Shown in pieces: positions 61,070 to 64,000 of a DNA stretch of 64,000 bases (its first letter is position 1; each line of letters opens with the position of its first letter). A model generated the notes under the pieces. The model was not told the DNA's origin, made no database searches, and worked only from the letters and a program-made list of their open reading frames with translations. Both the position numbers and the translations under genes were made by a program. This DNA is from Carpediemonas membranifera BICM (lineage: Eukaryota > Protista > Fornicata): positions 1,569,992 to 1,633,991 of the forward strand of contig JAHDYR010000005.1 of NCBI GenBank assembly GCA_019828565.1. Direction: 5' to 3'.

Positions 61070-62530
61070 TCACGCCTCGCTGTCCTCGGTTACATCCCCC
61101 GTCTCATCGCCATCATCCGGGTCCCACGCATCAATGACGCCTATGCCCTGCAGGACGTCCATGAATTCAAGCATACGATGCACGTCCAACCCCAAGCAAG
61201 TAGCCTCGTCAACGAGCTCGATCAGTACTCCTATGGGGAGGTCGCCCTCCCGGTTGGATGCCAGAACGAGCTGCAAGCTCTGCGCAGCAACGTCGAGCAT
61301 CTCCTCCACGAGCCTATGCTGCTTCGTCCCGACGCTGACAGCGTTCATCATCTGATTGATCATGCCATCGATGACACCGGAGTTGATGAAGACGGACGGG
61401 TTGTCGTTGGCGTCCATCAGGTTGGCCGCAACGTAGACGAGCTCCTTCCCGACATGCGGCGACTTCTCGGTCGCCATGCACTGCGCCAGCACGTCAATGA
61501 TGTCCGACTCGAACGCCACCTCCGGAACGTCGACAACGACGTTGCTGAGCGTCCACGCGGCGGTCTTGCGGGTGCTCACGGCATCGCTGGTCGATATGGC
61601 CGCGCCGAGCAATGCCACGCAGCCCATTTCGACCAGGATGCTGGAACCTTCGGTGCTGTTGTTCGAGATGTTCCCGAACGCGCTCATGATCGACGTCTGC
61701 AGGAAGGGATGGTCGAAGAAGAGCGCGAGGCACGCCCGCACGAACGGCCGCTGCTTGTCGCGGGGGAGCTCGTTGTCGTGGTCGGAAACCCTGAACAGGA
61801 AGCGCATCGTGTCGTCGATGAGCCCGCCTTGCTTGATGGTCCAGTCGGCGTCGACGCATTCGATGACCATGTCCATCGCGAGGCTGCTGGCCTCGTCGAA
61901 GTTGCTCAGCAACCCAGCTTTGCAGAGCTGCCGTGAACTGGACATCATGGACTCGAGAGCCCACATGACAATGGCCTTGTTCCTGCGGTTCAGCTTGGGA
62001 AGCCAGGCGGCGAATTCCGCCACGACGCCGGTGCGGGCGATGTCGACGACGATGCTATCGGTCGAACGCTCACCTGCGATGTTCCCCAGCGTCCACACGG
62101 CCTGCGAGAAAAGCTTCTCAGCCATTATGGTGTCCTCCATCGACCGCGCGGACGCAATCTGGCTGCAGAGGAGGGGCACGAGGCCGCGCTCGATCACAAC
62201 GGGCGTCTGGTTCCCCGAGGCGACGTTTGTGATGATCCACGAGGCCTCGAAGATGTGATTCGGTGTCGCATAGGCGCGGTCGTTGATGAATTCGGGCGAT
62301 TCGGGGTCCGTGAGCATGAATGGGAGCGTGATATCGATGATTGTGTTCGCCTGGTCTGCCTCGAGCTCGATCACGCTCTTCTGTGTGAAGAAACTGCGGA
62401 GTGAGGTGAGATTCTTGAGCGTCTCGTCAGGCGTGTGGCTGTGGAAGTCAAGCAGCTCACAGATGACGCCATCCATTTCGCTTAGTCCATTGTGCACCTT
62501 GCTTTCCAGCTTCTTCGCCCCAGAAGGCAT
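61070..62530 (-). CDS. Divergent importin-alpha-like ARM-repeat protein
   Basis: FEASWIITNVASG, QAVWTLGNIAGE, RKTAAWTLSNV (WxxxN ARM motifs); no basic IBB domain. Confidence 0.8.
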   Translation of the reverse strand: MPSGAKKLESKVHNGLSEMDGVICELLDFHSHTPDETLKNLTSLRSFFTQKSVIELEADQANTIIDITLPFMLTDPESPEFINDRAYATPNHIFEASWIITNVASGNQTPVVIERGLVPLLCSQIASARSMEDTIMAEKLFSQAVWTLGNIAGERSTDSIVVDIARTGVVAEFAAWLPKLNRRNKAIVMWALESMMSSSRQLCKAGLLSNFDEASSLAMDMVIECVDADWTIKQGGLIDDTMRFLFRVSDHDNELPRDKQRPFVRACLALFFDHPFLQTSIMSAFGNISNNSTEGSSILVEMGCVALLGAAISTSDAVSTRKTAAWTLSNVVVDVPEVAFESDIIDVLAQCMATEKSPHVGKELVYVAANLMDANDNPSVFINSGVIDGMINQMMNAVSVGTKQHRLVEEMLDVAAQSLQLVLASNREGDLPIGVLIELVDEATCLGLDVHRMLEFMDVLQGIGVIDAWDPDDGDETGDVTEDSEA

Positions 62531-62575
62531 GTGATAGACTGGCGTTAAAGTGCGGCGTTGAATGCAGCATGGTCT

Positions 62576-63922
62576 TTACCAATATAACGAGGCATACTTA
62601 GAAACGGTCTTCTCCTCCGCGACGATACAAGGCAGTGTCTGGATACACTCTTGGATAGGACGCACAATCGGCACCATGGATGCGCATGTAGTAGGGTGAG
62701 CAACACCCACTGCTGGATGGCTTGTGTCGCCTGAGACCACAACCCCGTCTTCCTTCCTTCCCTGGTAAAACAAAGCCCCGATTCCTGGGATACGGAAAAT
62801 ATTCTCTATATGACCAGCCTTCACTGGAATCCAGGAGCTGACCACCTCGCCCATCTCGCCCCGGGTCGGCTTGACCCCCAGCTGACCTGTGGGGTTGTAA
62901 CCGCGACAGTACCACACCCCTGCCCCGTCAGGACCATCGCCCCGCTGGATAAAGACAGACATGTTCCCCAATATCAGCCGGCTGATTGGCCAGGTCGCTG
63001 TGATAGGCTGGGGGTGGGTCAGGGTCTCGCTGTCGAAAGGGAAGGGGCGGGTGCGGTTGTCGCCAGCACACAGGAGAGTGCCCGCGGTCGACCGGAACAC
63101 AGTGATGTTACGGGAAATAATCACGTCATAAACGGGGAAGGGGAGGCGGGTTGGGCCGTCGATCTTGCTCGCATGACCCACGCCAAGGCGACCGAAGCTA
63201 TTTTCCCCAGCGGCATAGCAGACACCGTCGCCGATAAAGAAGGATGCCAGCGGCCCGCCCTTAATTCGACTCGGGTTGAAGTTTGAGTGGAATTTGATTG
63301 GTGTGAATGAAGTCAAATTTGGAGATGTCGAATCTACTCCCAGACAGCCGTGTCGGTTGTCACCAGCAGCAAGGATGGATCTCTTTCCCTCAGATTCCAC
63401 TGCTAGATACACTCGACCGTCGATCCCAATAATTTTTTGGACACCAGTGACATTAACCTTGACAAATCCCGTCCGAGGGTTAGTATCTCCCACACCGAGC
63501 TGACCCTTGGTGTTATCTCCAGATATAAACCACGCCCGCTGCCACTGACAGAATACTACTGTGAGACCAGGGAAGAAGGAGACTCTACTGACCTCCCCCG
63601 GGATAGGGACCACGTGGGGCGTGTTGAGTATGCATTGGCGGCGGTCTATACCAAGCTGCCCGACTTGGTTCACACCAAACACGGCGATTGAGTTTGTGTG
63701 CCGGGTGGAGAGGAGGGGAGCACCGAAACAGCCCCGGCCCACATATATGGAGGCGATGGCTGGCATTGGGACCCACTGAGGGCTGTCAGTGTGAACCTTT
63801 GTACACTTGTACCCGAGCTGCCCGGAGACGTTGAGGCCATATGTGAAGAGACGGCGCTCGAAAAGCACGTAGCTAGTGCCACGGCTTCTAAGCGGTTCTT
63901 GGCTCTGAAAAGAGATAAACAC
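62576..63922 (-). CDS. RCC1/BLIP-II repeat protein; 5' end uncertain
   Basis: Repeated GxNxxGQLG units (GLNVSGQLG, GVNQVGQLG, GDNTKGQLG, GENSFGRLG, GYNPTGQLG). Confidence 0.85.
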   Translation of the reverse strand: MFISFQSQEPLRSRGTSYVLFERRLFTYGLNVSGQLGYKCTKVHTDSPQWVPMPAIASIYVGRGCFGAPLLSTRHTNSIAVFGVNQVGQLGIDRRQCILNTPHVVPIPGEVSRVSFFPGLTVVFCQWQRAWFISGDNTKGQLGVGDTNPRTGFVKVNVTGVQKIIGIDGRVYLAVESEGKRSILAAGDNRHGCLGVDSTSPNLTSFTPIKFHSNFNPSRIKGGPLASFFIGDGVCYAAGENSFGRLGVGHASKIDGPTRLPFPVYDVIISRNITVFRSTAGTLLCAGDNRTRPFPFDSETLTHPQPITATWPISRLILGNMSVFIQRGDGPDGAGVWYCRGYNPTGQLGVKPTRGEMGEVVSSWIPVKAGHIENIFRIPGIGALFYQGRKEDGVVVSGDTSHPAVGVAHPTTCASMVPIVRPIQECIQTLPCIVAEEKTVSKYASLYW

Positions 63923-64000
63923 CTCGGTAAAACGCTGACAAATAAACCAGTTGGCTTTTTTTTGAATTGGACGTGCGTGTAAGAGAATGGCGGCTATGCA

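Overview
Gene-dense eukaryotic (protist-type) DNA with short intergenic gaps, few and very small GT-AG introns and the standard genetic code. A free-living metamonad such as Carpediemonas would fit, but that is inference only. Positions 1-16 kb are a mosaic of retroelements lying directly against a convergent tRNA-Phe/tRNA-Ala pair: a chromodomain-bearing Ty3/gypsy element (-), an APE-type non-LTR element (+), a fragment of a diverged DIRS-like element (-) and a near-complete DIRS-like tyrosine-recombinase retrotransposon (-). Positions 16.7-64 kb hold host genes: SRP68, a giant ASH/Hydin-like protein, a U-box-like protein, coiled-coil proteins, a P2C Na+/K+-ATPase alpha subunit, TXNDC17-like, ubiquitin-S27a, GSK3, a TRANK1-like helicase, a large helical-repeat protein with an RGS domain, PP2A B'', an importin-alpha-like protein and an RCC1-repeat protein. 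The standout observation is a 163-codon in-frame mini-intein (35435-35923; Cys1...His-Asn|Thr) inserted exactly inside the conserved SIAY|TLxSNIPE ion-binding motif of helix M5 of the Na+/K+-ATPase, so this pump should work only after protein splicing. Secondary leads are the tRNA-adjacent retroelement stack and a multi-hairpin, pseudoknot-capable RNA between the two LINE ORFs. All assignments come from motif recognition by eye; no searches were run.
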